DNA from: Synechococcus elongatus PCC 6301
Lineage (GTDB): Bacteria > Cyanobacteriota > Cyanobacteriia > Synechococcales > Synechococcaceae
Assembly (NCBI RefSeq): GCF_000010065.1
Contig: NC_006576.1
Coordinates: 1,980,001-2,012,000, forward strand
Direction of reading: 5' to 3'
DNA length: 32,000 nt
Part shown: one piece after another, positions 1 to 8,731 of the stretch
Position numbering within the stretch: the stretch's first letter is position 1
Layout: the number at the start of each line of letters is the position of its first letter
Notes under the pieces: generated by a model
What the model was told of the DNA's origin: nothing
The model's input: only the letters and a program-made list of their open reading frames with translations
The model's database searches: none
Position numbers and translations under genes: made by a program

Positions 1-2
1 TT

Positions 3-956
3 CTCTACAACGGCCCGAATCCACAGCCTCAATACCCGCTGCCTCCGCTACAGGCAGGAGCATCACCGGTCTTGATCACACGGGCCTGTGTGGAACAGTT
101 GGCCACACCACTGTTTTTAATTGATGCTGGCCTCACGCAACCACTCCCAGTCCCTGCAATTCGCCTCAACAGTCAGCCAGCTCGCTGCCTCAGTACGGGG
201 CAGGCCATGCCGATCGCGATCGCTCAACAACTGTTCCAGCAAGGACAAGCCCACGGGGCTGCGATCGCGGCTCAACATCCCGATCGCTGGTTGGTTCTCG
301 GGGAATGCGTCGTCGGTGGCACCAGTACGGCCTTGGCATTGCTGTTGGCTTTAGGCATTGAAGCGGCAGGCTGTGTTAGTAGCAGCCATCCCACTTGTAA
401 CCACGGGCAAAAATTAGCTCTCGTGCAGCAGGGTCTAGCGGCAATTCCCGATCGCCCAGCGCGATCACCTCTAGAGCTGGCAGCAGCAATCGCTGATCCC
501 ATGTTGATTGCGGCGGCAGGAATGGCCATGGCCGTCAGTCAGACCCAGTCAGTGCTCTTGGCTGGCGGTACTCAAATGCTGGCCGCTTACGCCTTGATGG
601 CTGCAATCGCCCAGACTGGTGTGGCATGGCAACCCGATCGCATTGCGGTGGGAACAACTCGCTGGGTGATGGTCGATCCGAGTGCTCAGGTGGCACAGTT
701 AGGCCCCGCGATCGCTTCACGATTCGGTTGGGAACCGTTATTGCTCTCCACCCAGCTCAACTTCCAGCGATCGCGTCATGCTCAGCTGCAGGTCTATGAG
801 CAGGGGTTTGTCAAAGAAGGGGTGGCTGCAGGAGGCATGGCGATCGCAGCTAGCTTGGCCACTGGTGCCAGTGTCGAAACCCTCAGGCAGTGGGTTGATG
901 ACTTGGGCGATCGCGCAATCGCGGCTAGCGGTATTGCAAGTGCGGTGACTGATTGA
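3..956 (+). CDS. UPF0284 / CobT-like (nicotinate-nucleotide-dimethylbenzimidazole phosphoribosyltransferase-like) protein, 5' end probably outside the window
   Basis: The frame stays open from the window edge. The ORF track starts at a TTG at 72, but the expected N-terminal part of the family is missing. The 'GECVVGGTSTALALLLALG' and 'LLAGGTQMLAAYAL' segments resemble the CobT-like/UPF0284 family (recognised from memory). Confidence 0.65.
   Translation, partial: LYNGPNPQPQYPLPPLQAGASPVLITRACVEQLATPLFLIDAGLTQPLPVPAIRLNSQPARCLSTGQAMPIAIAQQLFQQGQAHGAAIAAQHPDRWLVLGECVVGGTSTALALLLALGIEAAGCVSSSHPTCNHGQKLALVQQGLAAIPDRPARSPLELAAAIADPMLIAAAGMAMAVSQTQSVLLAGGTQMLAAYALMAAIAQTGVAWQPDRIAVGTTRWVMVDPSAQVAQLGPAIASRFGWEPLLLSTQLNFQRSRHAQLQVYEQGFVKEGVAAGGMAIAASLATGASVETLRQWVDDLGDRAIAASGIASAVTD
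216..223. repeat. HIP1 octamer palindrome GCGATCGC (example copy; the motif recurs dozens of times across the window)
   Basis: Read directly at, for example, 216-223 and 261-268. Overlapping tandem copies (CGATCGCGATCGC) occur at 211-223. HIP1 over-representation is a known hallmark of many cyanobacterial genomes. Confidence 0.9.
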
Positions 957-1182
957 GCACTTGTTCTTCGAGGGCAGCAATGCGGCCGTAGGCAGCGATG
1001 AGCTGAGCATGCAGCCGCTGAACTTGCGAATCCGCATCGGGGCTGGTCTCGGATGCGGCAGGGGCAGTAGCCAAGGTCGGTTGGCGCTGCTGCAACACAT
1101 GTTGGTGAAGCTCGCTCAAGACCAACCACTGGCGATCGAGTTGAGCTTGCAAGGCCTGAATTTGAGATTCCAGATCGGTCAT
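925..1182 (-). CDS. hypothetical small coiled-coil protein (85 aa)
   Basis: The ORF has heptad-like Q/L-rich ends (MTDLESQIQALQAQLDRQW..., ...LHAQLIAAYGRIAALEEQV). It overlaps the 3' end of the CobT-like gene convergently by 32 nt. I recognise no family. Confidence 0.35.
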   Translation of the reverse strand: MTDLESQIQALQAQLDRQWLVLSELHQHVLQQRQPTLATAPAASETSPDADSQVQRLHAQLIAAYGRIAALEEQVLNQSPHLQYR

Positions 1183-1333
1183 GTGGGCTGGAGCAACGGC
1201 ACTTCGGTCATCTTAGGAATCAGAAGCAAGGGAACCAGCGTTGATCCCAAAGACTTAACCTTCAGGCGGTCGCTGTAGCATGACCGAGGGGTTCGCCTAG
1301 GCCAACTGGATATTTCTGAGTCGTCGCCGTTTT

Positions 1334-2374
1334 TTGCAAGCCAGTGTGGGTCTGCCGGGCCTAGCACTGGCAGGCTGCCGCTCGGCCGATCTACAACTGC
1401 TGCTGCCGGGTAACACTGTCCCTGCACCCATCCTGCGCCGCTTTCAAGATCGCACTCAGATTACGGTGCAGCTTGATCGCGCGGCGGGCCTGGTCGATAG
1501 CAGTCGTCTATTGCTGACAGAAGACCCTAGCCGCCTGCCCAATCTCTTGGGGATTGGAGATGCTTGGCTCCAGTCTGCGATCGCCTCAGGGCGACTGGCC
1601 CCCTTTAACCCCAATCACTGGCGGCATTGGACCTCGTTGCCTCAACGTTGGCGACAGCAACTGCGGCGCGATCGCCAAGGGGTGCCTAGCGAAGCAGGAG
1701 AGATTTGGGCGGCGCCCTACCGCTGGGGCACCACGATGATTGCCTTTCGCCGCGATCGCTTGACGAGCCCACTCCAAGACTGGACAGATCTGTGGCGGCC
1801 CGAACTGCGTGGCCAGCTGATCTTGCCAGATGATCCTCGCGAAGTAATTGGTCTGACGCTCAAACGGTTGGGCTGGAGCTATAACCAAGCTAATTTGGCG
1901 GAGATTCCCCAACTCGAACCTTTGCTGGCAGCCTTACAGCAACAGGTCAAGCTCTACAGCTCCCGCAACTATTTGCAGCCGTTGTTACTCGGTGATGCTC
2001 TGGCTGCAGTGGGTTGGTCGGCCGATATTTTGGCTGCCCTCCGCCGAGATTCTCGCTTGGCTGCTGTTGTCCCGCGATCGGGCACTGCCATTTGGCTGGA
2101 TCTGTGGGTGCAACCCCAAGGGCGGGTGAGTGAAGTCTTTAGCGATCGCTGGATTGATTTTGGCTGGGCACCGACGATCGCAACTCAGTTTTCGCAACTG
2201 GGGCCGGCAGCCTCCCCGGCGATCCTGACTGCTGCAGCCGTCGCCCCTGTTGATGCCAATCCTCTCCAGATTCCACCCACGGCTGTGCTGGACAAAAGCG
2301 AATTGATCCTGCCCCTGCCGGAGGCCGTGCGCGATCGCTATCTGGCGCTTTGGCAAACCATGCGCCAGGGTTGA
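1334..2374 (+). CDS. PotD-like (spermidine/putrescine-type) ABC substrate-binding lipoprotein, orphan
   Basis: TTG start. The N-terminus carries a lipobox (LALAGC). The 'PYRWGTTMIAFRRD', 'LILPDDPREVIGLTLKRLG' and 'AAVGWSADIL' segments match the PotD/PotF family pattern. No permease or ATPase gene lies adjacent. Confidence 0.7.
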   Translation: MQASVGLPGLALAGCRSADLQLLLPGNTVPAPILRRFQDRTQITVQLDRAAGLVDSSRLLLTEDPSRLPNLLGIGDAWLQSAIASGRLAPFNPNHWRHWTSLPQRWRQQLRRDRQGVPSEAGEIWAAPYRWGTTMIAFRRDRLTSPLQDWTDLWRPELRGQLILPDDPREVIGLTLKRLGWSYNQANLAEIPQLEPLLAALQQQVKLYSSRNYLQPLLLGDALAAVGWSADILAALRRDSRLAAVVPRSGTAIWLDLWVQPQGRVSEVFSDRWIDFGWAPTIATQFSQLGPAASPAILTAAAVAPVDANPLQIPPTAVLDKSELILPLPEAVRDRYLALWQTMRQG

Positions 2375-2403
2375 TCAAACGGCTTAGAACAGCAGGGTTC
2401 TGA

Positions 2404-3744
2404 TTAGCGATCGCGGTGTAGGAACGGTTTGGCTTGGGCGCCACTGTAGGTTGCGGCAATCTGTCCATCACCGCTGAGGACGTACTTGTAGGTCACCAGC
2501 CCTTCTAAGCCTACGGGACCCCGGGGCGGCAATTTTTGGGTGCTAATGCCGACTTCTGCGCCAAAACCATAGCGAAAGCCATCGGCAAAGCGGGTGGAGC
2601 AGTTGTGATACACACCAGCACTATCGACTTGGCTGAAGAACTGGGCGGCAGCGGCGGCATCTTCCGTGGCGATCGCATCGGTATGGCCAGAGCCATATTC
2701 ATTGATATGAGCGATCGCGGCATCGAGGCTCGGCACCAGTCGCACTGCCAGAACTAAATCGCTGTACTCAGTTCGCCAATCCTCTTCTGTGGCAGCCTCC
2801 ATCGGCACAATCGTCTGAGCTGCCGCGTCACCCCGCAGACTGACACCTTTCTCGTGCAGTGCCGCCGCAACAACCGGTAGAAATTGAGGGGCGATCGCCT
2901 CATGAATCAGCAGGGTTTCGATCGCGTTACAAGCGGCTGGGTACTGGGTTTTGGCGTCAACGGTAATCGTCACCGTTTTCTCAATCGCGGCCGCTTGGTC
3001 AACGTAGAGATGGCAAATGCCATCGGCATGACCCAGGACCGGAATGTGGGTGTTGTCTTGGACAAAGCGCACAAAACTGTTGGAGCCGCGTGGAATGATC
3101 AGATCGACATAGCGATCGAGCTTAAGCAGCGCCAGAGTTTCTTCGCGGCTGGTCAGCAAGCGGATGGCCTCGACAGGTGCCTGCTGCTCGGCCAGGGCTT
3201 GGGCAATCGCGGCCACGATCGCTTGGCAGGAGCAAATGGCCTCCCGGCCGCCCTTGAGAATGGCACCATTGCCAGATTTGATCGCCAGCGACGCAATTTG
3301 AATCACCGCATCGGGACGGGCCTCAAAGATGACGCCCAAAACGCCGACAGGACAGGTCAACCGTTGCAGGATTAGGCCTTCGTCCAACTCGCGATCAATC
3401 TGGATTTGCCCCAACGGATCGGGCAACTGTGCTAGGTCCCGCACCCCGGCGATCGCAGCTGCAAGCTTGTCTGCATCGAGCTTGAGACGAGCATAGAGAG
3501 CCGGAGCAATGCCCTCAGTGGTCGCGGCTTCACAGTCCGCTTGATTGGCCGCTAAAATGCGCGGGGCTTCCTGCTCGAGCGTGGTAGCAATGGCAGACAA
3601 CAACCGCTGGCGATCGGCGCCGCTCCACTGGGCGAGCTGCCGCGCTGCCGCACGGGTCGCCTGGGCCTGAACTTCAAGATCGACGGAGAGAGTAGCCACA
3701 GCAGGAGGGGGACGGGTAACAAAAAAGACTGGCGGATCAACCAA
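2404..3744 (-). CDS. proA: gamma-glutamyl phosphate reductase (glutamate-5-semialdehyde dehydrogenase)
   Basis: Full ProA motif set is present: 'ILKGGREA', '[10 protein letters not shown]', '[12 protein letters not shown]', catalytic '[12 protein letters not shown]' (Cys codon at 2929-2931, minus strand) and 'GSGHTDAI'. The TTG start at 3744 is uncertain; a GTG at 3699 is an alternative. Confidence 0.92.
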   Translation of the reverse strand: MVDPPVFFVTRPPPAVATLSVDLEVQAQATRAAARQLAQWSGADRQRLLSAIATTLEQEAPRILAANQADCEAATTEGIAPALYARLKLDADKLAAAIAGVRDLAQLPDPLGQIQIDRELDEGLILQRLTCPVGVLGVIFEARPDAVIQIASLAIKSGNGAILKGGREAICSCQAIVAAIAQALAEQQAPVEAIRLLTSREETLALLKLDRYVDLIIPRGSNSFVRFVQDNTHIPVLGHADGICHLYVDQAAAIEKTVTITVDAKTQYPAACNAIETLLIHEAIAPQFLPVVAAALHEKGVSLRGDAAAQTIVPMEAATEEDWRTEYSDLVLAVRLVPSLDAAIAHINEYGSGHTDAIATEDAAAAAQFFSQVDSAGVYHNCSTRFADGFRYGFGAEVGISTQKLPPRGPVGLEGLVTYKYVLSGDGQIAATYSGAQAKPFLHRDR

Positions 3745-4020
3745 GAGCGATCGCTATCCGCCTCAGCTCAATCCTTGATCCAGCCTATCAAGTGCAGCCC
3801 CTTGGCTGATCCCTACCGCGATCCCAGACCAGCCAACAGACAGCAGCGACTGTGTTGACCAGAGAGATTCGGACGGTTTTTGACTGAACTGATTCGCTGC
3901 CTAACTCCCGTGGTCAACACTGGCCAAGTTCTACCTGCAGCGATCGCCGAGACTGCTATGAAGTTTTGTTGCTAGATTCAGTTCCAGCACAGGGCAGAGT
4001 TAGTGAAATTGCTTCAGATT

Positions 4021-4091
4021 GTCAGCTCTTGCTGACCTCGTCGATCCGCGGCCTAGAATAAAGGGGCTAAGTACAAATACTTGAGGTCAGC
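4021..4091 (+). promoter_or_regulatory. putative promoter/operator of the LuxR-type gene
   Basis: Perfect palindrome GTCAGC-TCTT-GCTGAC at 4021-4036. A -10-like TAGAAT sits at 4054-4059. The 9-nt repeat GCTGACCTC (4031-4039) is inverted as GAGGTCAGC (4083-4091), which also carries a GAGG Shine-Dalgarno-like element 12 nt before the ATG at 4099. Confidence 0.3.
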
Positions 4092-4098
4092 AGTCGTT

Positions 4099-4374
4099 AT
4101 GACGGCAAGTGGTGAATTTCCCGTCAGCGGTGCGCTTTCTGAGCGCGAGCTCCAAATCGTGGATCTCGTGGCGGCTGGGCTGACGAATCAGGAAATTGCC
4201 ACGCGGCTGGATATCAGCAAGCGGACGGTCGACAACCACATCAGCAACATCCTCACCAAAACCGGGACCGACAATCGGGTTGCCTTGGTGCGCTGGGCCT
4301 TGCAATGGGGTAAAGTCTGCCTCGATCAGGTCAATTGCTGCATTCTGCCCGATCGCGATGTGGCGGCCTCCTAG
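4099..4374 (+). CDS. small stand-alone LuxR-type HTH transcriptional regulator (PedR-like)
   Basis: 'LSERELQIVDLVAAGLTNQEIATRLDISKRTVDNHISNILTKTGTDNRVALVRWAL' is a canonical LuxR/FixJ HTH with no receiver domain. The roughly 91-aa size and Cys-containing C-terminal tail (KVCLDQVNCC) resemble the cyanobacterial PedR (Ssl0564) class, from memory. I prefer ATG 4099 to the upstream TTG at 4081. Confidence 0.8.
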   Translation: MTASGEFPVSGALSERELQIVDLVAAGLTNQEIATRLDISKRTVDNHISNILTKTGTDNRVALVRWALQWGKVCLDQVNCCILPDRDVAAS

Positions 4375-4486
4375 ATTGCGATTGCGCTAATCCAATCTGA
4401 CGTTCTGCTGCTCCGGCACGCCCGTTTCAGACCATGCTGGAAAGGGTTCCTGTTGGGAACACGCCTCCCCTGATCACCGAGAAACG

Positions 4487-5794
4487 ATGGCTAGCTTGCA
4501 AGCTCTGCGGGGCACCCGCGATATTCTGCCGCCCGAAACTCAAGTTTGGCAGTGGATTGAACAAACCGCTCGCGAGATTCTCGGGCGAGCTGCCGTGCAG
4601 GAAGTTCGCACACCGATCTTCGAACAGACGGCGCTGTTTGAACGCGGCATTGGCGAAGCCACCGATGTGGTTGGCAAGGAGATGTACAGTTTCCGCGATC
4701 GCGGCGATCGCTCCTTGACGCTGCGTCCCGAAGGCACGGCCGGCACTGTGCGGGCTTACATCGAGCATGGTTTAGCCAGCCAAGGTGGCGTGCAACGGCT
4801 GCGGTACACCGGCCCGATGTTCCGCTACGAGCGCCCCCAAGCGGGCCGCCAACGCCAGTTTCATCAACTGGGCTTGGAGCTTTTGGGGACGGCGGATGCT
4901 CGGGCGGATGCGGAAGCGATCGCCTTGGCGACTCAGATTTTGCAAGCACTGGGTCTGAAAAATCTGCGGCTTGATCTCAACTCTGTCGGGGATGCCTGTG
5001 ATCGCGCGGCCTACCGGCAAGCCTTGGTTGACTACCTGACACCCTATGCAGCTGATCTCGATCCCGATTCCCGCGATCGCTTGGAACGGAATCCGCTGCG
5101 GATTCTTGACAGCAAAGATGAGCGGACTCAGGCGATTGTGGCGGAAGCCCCCAGTCTGCACGACTACCTCAGCGAGCGATCGCGGCAACTCTTTGAGCAA
5201 GTCCAGCAACTGCTGACCCATCTCGGGATCGACTATCGGCTGGAACCCAAGCTGGTGCGCGGCTTGGACTACTACACCCACACGGCTTTTGAAATCATCT
5301 CCTCGGATCTAGGAGCGCAAGCAACGGTCTGTGGGGGTGGCCGCTATGACGGCCTGGTCTCACAACTTGGCGGGCCAGAAACACCGGCGGTGGGCTGGGC
5401 GATGGGGCTCGAGCGGCTGGTGTTGCTGCTTCAACAAGGCCAGGCAGTACCACCGGCAACTCTGGATTTTTATCTCGTCTCGCGGGGGGCGATCGCAGAA
5501 GGGCAGGCGTTGATTCTGGCGCAGAAACTGCGAAGTGCGGGCTTTGGCGTGGAGCTCGATCTCAGCGGCAGTGCCTTTGGCAAACAGTTCAAACGGGCCG
5601 ATCGCAGTGGGGCGATCGCTTGTTTAGTGCTGGGTGATGCGGAAGCGGAACAGGGGCAGGTCAATCTTAAGTGGCTGCAGAGCGGCGAGCAGCAAACCCT
5701 TGATCAATCGGAGTTATTGCAAGATTCCGATCACTGGCGATCGCGCCTCCAAGCGGCACGGACAGTATCGCCGGTTGAGGTTGCGCCCTTATGA
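4487..5794 (+). CDS. hisS: histidine--tRNA ligase
   Basis: '[11 protein letters not shown]', '[21 protein letters not shown]', '[16 protein letters not shown]' and 'GGGRYDGL' are class II HisRS signature motifs. Confidence 0.95.
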   Translation: MASLQALRGTRDILPPETQVWQWIEQTAREILGRAAVQEVRTPIFEQTALFERGIGEATDVVGKEMYSFRDRGDRSLTLRPEGTAGTVRAYIEHGLASQGGVQRLRYTGPMFRYERPQAGRQRQFHQLGLELLGTADARADAEAIALATQILQALGLKNLRLDLNSVGDACDRAAYRQALVDYLTPYAADLDPDSRDRLERNPLRILDSKDERTQAIVAEAPSLHDYLSERSRQLFEQVQQLLTHLGIDYRLEPKLVRGLDYYTHTAFEIISSDLGAQATVCGGGRYDGLVSQLGGPETPAVGWAMGLERLVLLLQQGQAVPPATLDFYLVSRGAIAEGQALILAQKLRSAGFGVELDLSGSAFGKQFKRADRSGAIACLVLGDAEAEQGQVNLKWLQSGEQQTLDQSELLQDSDHWRSRLQAARTVSPVEVAPL

Positions 5795-5831
5795 TGATCG
5801 GCAAGCAGGCCGCAGGCTTTGAGCAACCGGA

Positions 5832-7241
5832 ATGGCAGAGGATCAATGGATATTGCAGCAAGAAGGGGATGACTACCCGCTAACGCTGGATTCTGCTGAG
5901 CTAGAAATCCTCGAGGGACGCTATCGGCTCGATCGGCAAGGACCTGAGCTCAATCAGGTGTTGCCGGTTCGTATTGTCTACGTCGATCTGGAGGCTGATC
6001 CGCCCCAACGGCGAGTCTATCGCCAGGATCGCGACAGTGATGAACAAGGCTGGGTCTGGATTTTTCCCTACACTTACCTTAAGCCAGGGCTCTGGGAAAT
6101 TCACTGTGGCGATCGCACGGTCAGTCTTCGGGTCTTACAGCGAGAATCTGGGGCGCTAGAAGCAGACCCCGACTGGTTGCAGCCAGAACCTGAGCTGCCG
6201 CAACTGCGCATTTTGCTGCGTCAAGATCGACTGCTGCTCCAGCCGGGAGAATTGCTAACCCTCAGCGGTGAGGTGCAGGTAATTCCTGCACTCCCTCAAC
6301 GCCATTGGCCGACGCAAGCGGAGCTGGTGATCACGCTTCAAACCAGCGATCGCCCCGACCAAATCCGACCAATGGCCCGCGAGTTACTCGAGCTGGCGAC
6401 CTTTCCCCTCGCCTTTAGCCTGCCTCTGCAGCTGCCCCATGACTGGACCGATCGCGACTGTCAGGGCATGGTGAAGCTCACTTGGCAACAGCAGCAAGCG
6501 ATCGCTCACTTCAGTGTGATTTGCCCTGAGCCGATCGCGCCTCTACCTGCACCCAACGAGGTAGTGCCAGAGCCAGTCTCACCACCTGAACCCCCGCTAC
6601 CAGAAGGTGGCCAGCGCAGTGGCCCCCACTTACCCTCCTTCATCAAGCCGCCGCCAGAATCGGCTGCCGCGCCCTCCATTCCTGAGCCTCCAGCGTCACC
6701 TCAACCGCCTGCCTTGCCACCGCGGCTCAATCTGGCCTTTCTCAACCGGCTGGGATCGCTGATTGAAAAAGTGGAGGAAGAGCGTCAAACCCAGCCTTTG
6801 GCCGCCCACGCCGGCCTGCCACTCCCCAGTCCCCAGGGTGAGCGCCTCGATCCCAGCTTGGCCGAACCACAGTTGGCAGAGCCTTTTCAGCGCCCTGCGA
6901 TCGCGATTCCGGTGCCGGAGCTGCAGCTCCTAGCGCTGCCCCAACCGACGGCTACCCATCTGGAGGTCCAAATCCGCTTACCCGTTTCATCCCTGCGTTT
7001 GGCGGTCAAGCTCTGGCTTTACGACGGGCAGAGTCGCCGCCGCGCGAGTCCCCTCTGTTTGGTCACGGATTTTCAGACCCACGATTGCTCGGATCTCCAA
7101 GCCGTCACCCAAGTTCTCCTGCCCTTAAACCGCAATCTGCTACAACTGGAGGCGATCGCCTTTGACCTGCTCAGTCAACAGGAGAGCCGGAAGGCGGTGC
7201 TGACTCTCAATCTCCCGACGCTGCCTTCAATGGGCCCATGA
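5832..7241 (+). CDS. hypothetical protein with central proline-rich linker (469 aa)
   Basis: A long ORF in the expected codon style. Its stop overlaps the cutA start (ATGA at 7238-7241). The central segment 'PEPIAPLPAPNEVVPEPVSPPEPPLPEG...PPASPQPPALPP' is Pro-rich. No signal peptide and no family I recognise. Confidence 0.6.
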   Translation: MAEDQWILQQEGDDYPLTLDSAELEILEGRYRLDRQGPELNQVLPVRIVYVDLEADPPQRRVYRQDRDSDEQGWVWIFPYTYLKPGLWEIHCGDRTVSLRVLQRESGALEADPDWLQPEPELPQLRILLRQDRLLLQPGELLTLSGEVQVIPALPQRHWPTQAELVITLQTSDRPDQIRPMARELLELATFPLAFSLPLQLPHDWTDRDCQGMVKLTWQQQQAIAHFSVICPEPIAPLPAPNEVVPEPVSPPEPPLPEGGQRSGPHLPSFIKPPPESAAAPSIPEPPASPQPPALPPRLNLAFLNRLGSLIEKVEEERQTQPLAAHAGLPLPSPQGERLDPSLAEPQLAEPFQRPAIAIPVPELQLLALPQPTATHLEVQIRLPVSSLRLAVKLWLYDGQSRRRASPLCLVTDFQTHDCSDLQAVTQVLLPLNRNLLQLEAIAFDLLSQQESRKAVLTLNLPTLPSMGP

Positions 7242-7579
7242 CTGACCTCAGTTCCCTGATTGAGACGGCCGACCTGCGTTTGCTGCTCACGACGGTGTCG
7301 ACGGAAGTCGAGGCCCAACAACTGGCACAAGCTGCAGTGGAAGCTGGTTTGGCTGCTTGCGTCAGCATTACGCCGATTCAGTCCTGCTATCGCTGGCAGG
7401 GAGCGATCGCCCGAGAAACAGAACAACAGATGAGCTTTAAAACCACCGTCGAACAGCTTGATGCCCTGCAGCAATGGCTGCAGTCGCAGCATCCCTACGC
7501 CTTGCCAGAATGCTTGGTACTCACCCCGATCGCCAGCAGTGTTGCCTACCGCGATTGGCTGCGTTCGAGCCTCTCCTAA
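7238..7579 (+). CDS. cutA: CutA1 divalent-ion tolerance / PII-like protein
   Basis: 'LLLTTVSTEVEAQQLAQAAVEAGLAACVSITP...SCYRWQGAI...E..MSFKT', 'HPYALPECLVL' and 'YRDWL' match the CutA1 family pattern. Confidence 0.85.
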   Translation: MTDLSSLIETADLRLLLTTVSTEVEAQQLAQAAVEAGLAACVSITPIQSCYRWQGAIARETEQQMSFKTTVEQLDALQQWLQSQHPYALPECLVLTPIASSVAYRDWLRSSLS

Positions 7580-7610
7580 AGCATCTGTTGCTTCTGATAC
7601 ATTGAGAGGA

Positions 7611-7772
7611 ATGACACCTGTTATTTTCGCGACCGTTTCCCCCTCCAGCAGTAGCCCAGCGCCGCTGTCGAGTGCGGTTCCCCAGCCTGGCGAAAGCCAT
7701 TTCTACGGCTTGCTCTTCTTCCTCTTTGCTCTCTGGTTGTTGCCGATTCGGCCCCAACGTCGTCGTAGCTAG
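7611..7772 (+). CDS. possible small membrane peptide (53 aa)
   Basis: The ATG is preceded by GAGAGGA. The product is an S/P-rich segment, then 'VPQPGESHFYGLLFFLFALWLLPIRPQRRRS' (hydrophobic helix plus Arg tail). It fills the cutA-to-next-gene gap and ends 12 nt before the next start. Speculative. Confidence 0.25.
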   Translation: MTPVIFATVSPSSSSPAPLSSAVPQPGESHFYGLLFFLFALWLLPIRPQRRRS

Positions 7773-7783
7773 GCGCAACTCCC

Positions 7784-8149
7784 ATGCGAGCGATCGTAGC
7801 CTTGTCGATCTTGGTGTTGTTAATGGTGTTGAATCCTGCTGAACTCGAGCAGCAAGGCTGGCTGCGCGTTTGGCAAGAAGGGTCGGCTCAACAATGGCTC
7901 GATCCCCAATCGATTGCTGAACACGCAGGGTTACTGCGCGCTGACAGCCTTTTCTTCCCCGAGGCCGGTGAACCCGTCACCTATCGCAGTCAGTATCGCT
8001 TGGAGGAAGGCGACTATCGCGATTTAGACGCCCAGGGGCAGCCCCTCCATGAATGGCGATCGCTGGCGGATGACCCTTTTAATCAGGCAGTCTTTGAGGC
8101 GGCGAGCCGCTGGGCGCGTACCCACGCCACGCTGGCAGATCCTGCCTGA
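7784..8149 (+). CDS. hypothetical secreted/periplasmic protein (121 aa)
   Basis: Hydrophobic signal-like N-terminus (MRAIVALSILVLLMVLNPAE). The rest of the sequence has an ordinary soluble-protein composition. No family recognised. Confidence 0.5.
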   Translation: MRAIVALSILVLLMVLNPAELEQQGWLRVWQEGSAQQWLDPQSIAEHAGLLRADSLFFPEAGEPVTYRSQYRLEEGDYRDLDAQGQPLHEWRSLADDPFNQAVFEAASRWARTHATLADPA

Positions 8150-8179
8150 GGGATTGGTGAATGTCCTCAGGCGAGTTGC

Positions 8180-8728
8180 CTAAAGCTCAAGCAGCCCTGG
8201 CGGTGGTGTGATTTCAATCCGGCCTTGCGCCAGATCAACCACTGGGACGATCGCCTCCACAAAGGGAATGTAGACCTCGCGCCCATCCGTGAGTTCCACA
8301 ACCAGTAGATCGTTACCCGCGCTGACGACATCGCGAACGATGCCGAGGGGCGTGCTGCTGGCTTGGTCAATCACGCTGAGATCAATCAAATCCAAGACGT
8401 GAAATTCTCCCTCGTCGAGTTCGGGGCGATCGCTGGCAGGTACAAGCAACTCACAACCGCGCAATGCTTCAGCCTGCTCTCGGCTGGTGATTCCGGCCAG
8501 TTGCACGATGTAGAGATTTTTGCCGGCGATCGCGCGCCCGCGCTCCAGCTCCACCACTTCGGGCTCAGTCTGACGGGGTCGACGCAGCCAGCGCGGGCCA
8601 GGAATGAGGAAGCGCTCAGGAAAATCACTGCTCGGGTTGACCCGCATTTCGCCGCGCAGACCTTGGGGGGCCACAATTTGCCCGATCGCCAGCCAAGCGG
8701 TTTCGATGGTTGTTGTTGATTCAGACAT
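8180..8728 (-). CDS. rimM: 16S rRNA processing protein RimM
   Basis: '[29 protein letters not shown]' together with a C-terminal PRC-barrel-like region '[29 protein letters not shown]' is typical of RimM. Confidence 0.9.
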
Positions 8729-8731
8729 GGC

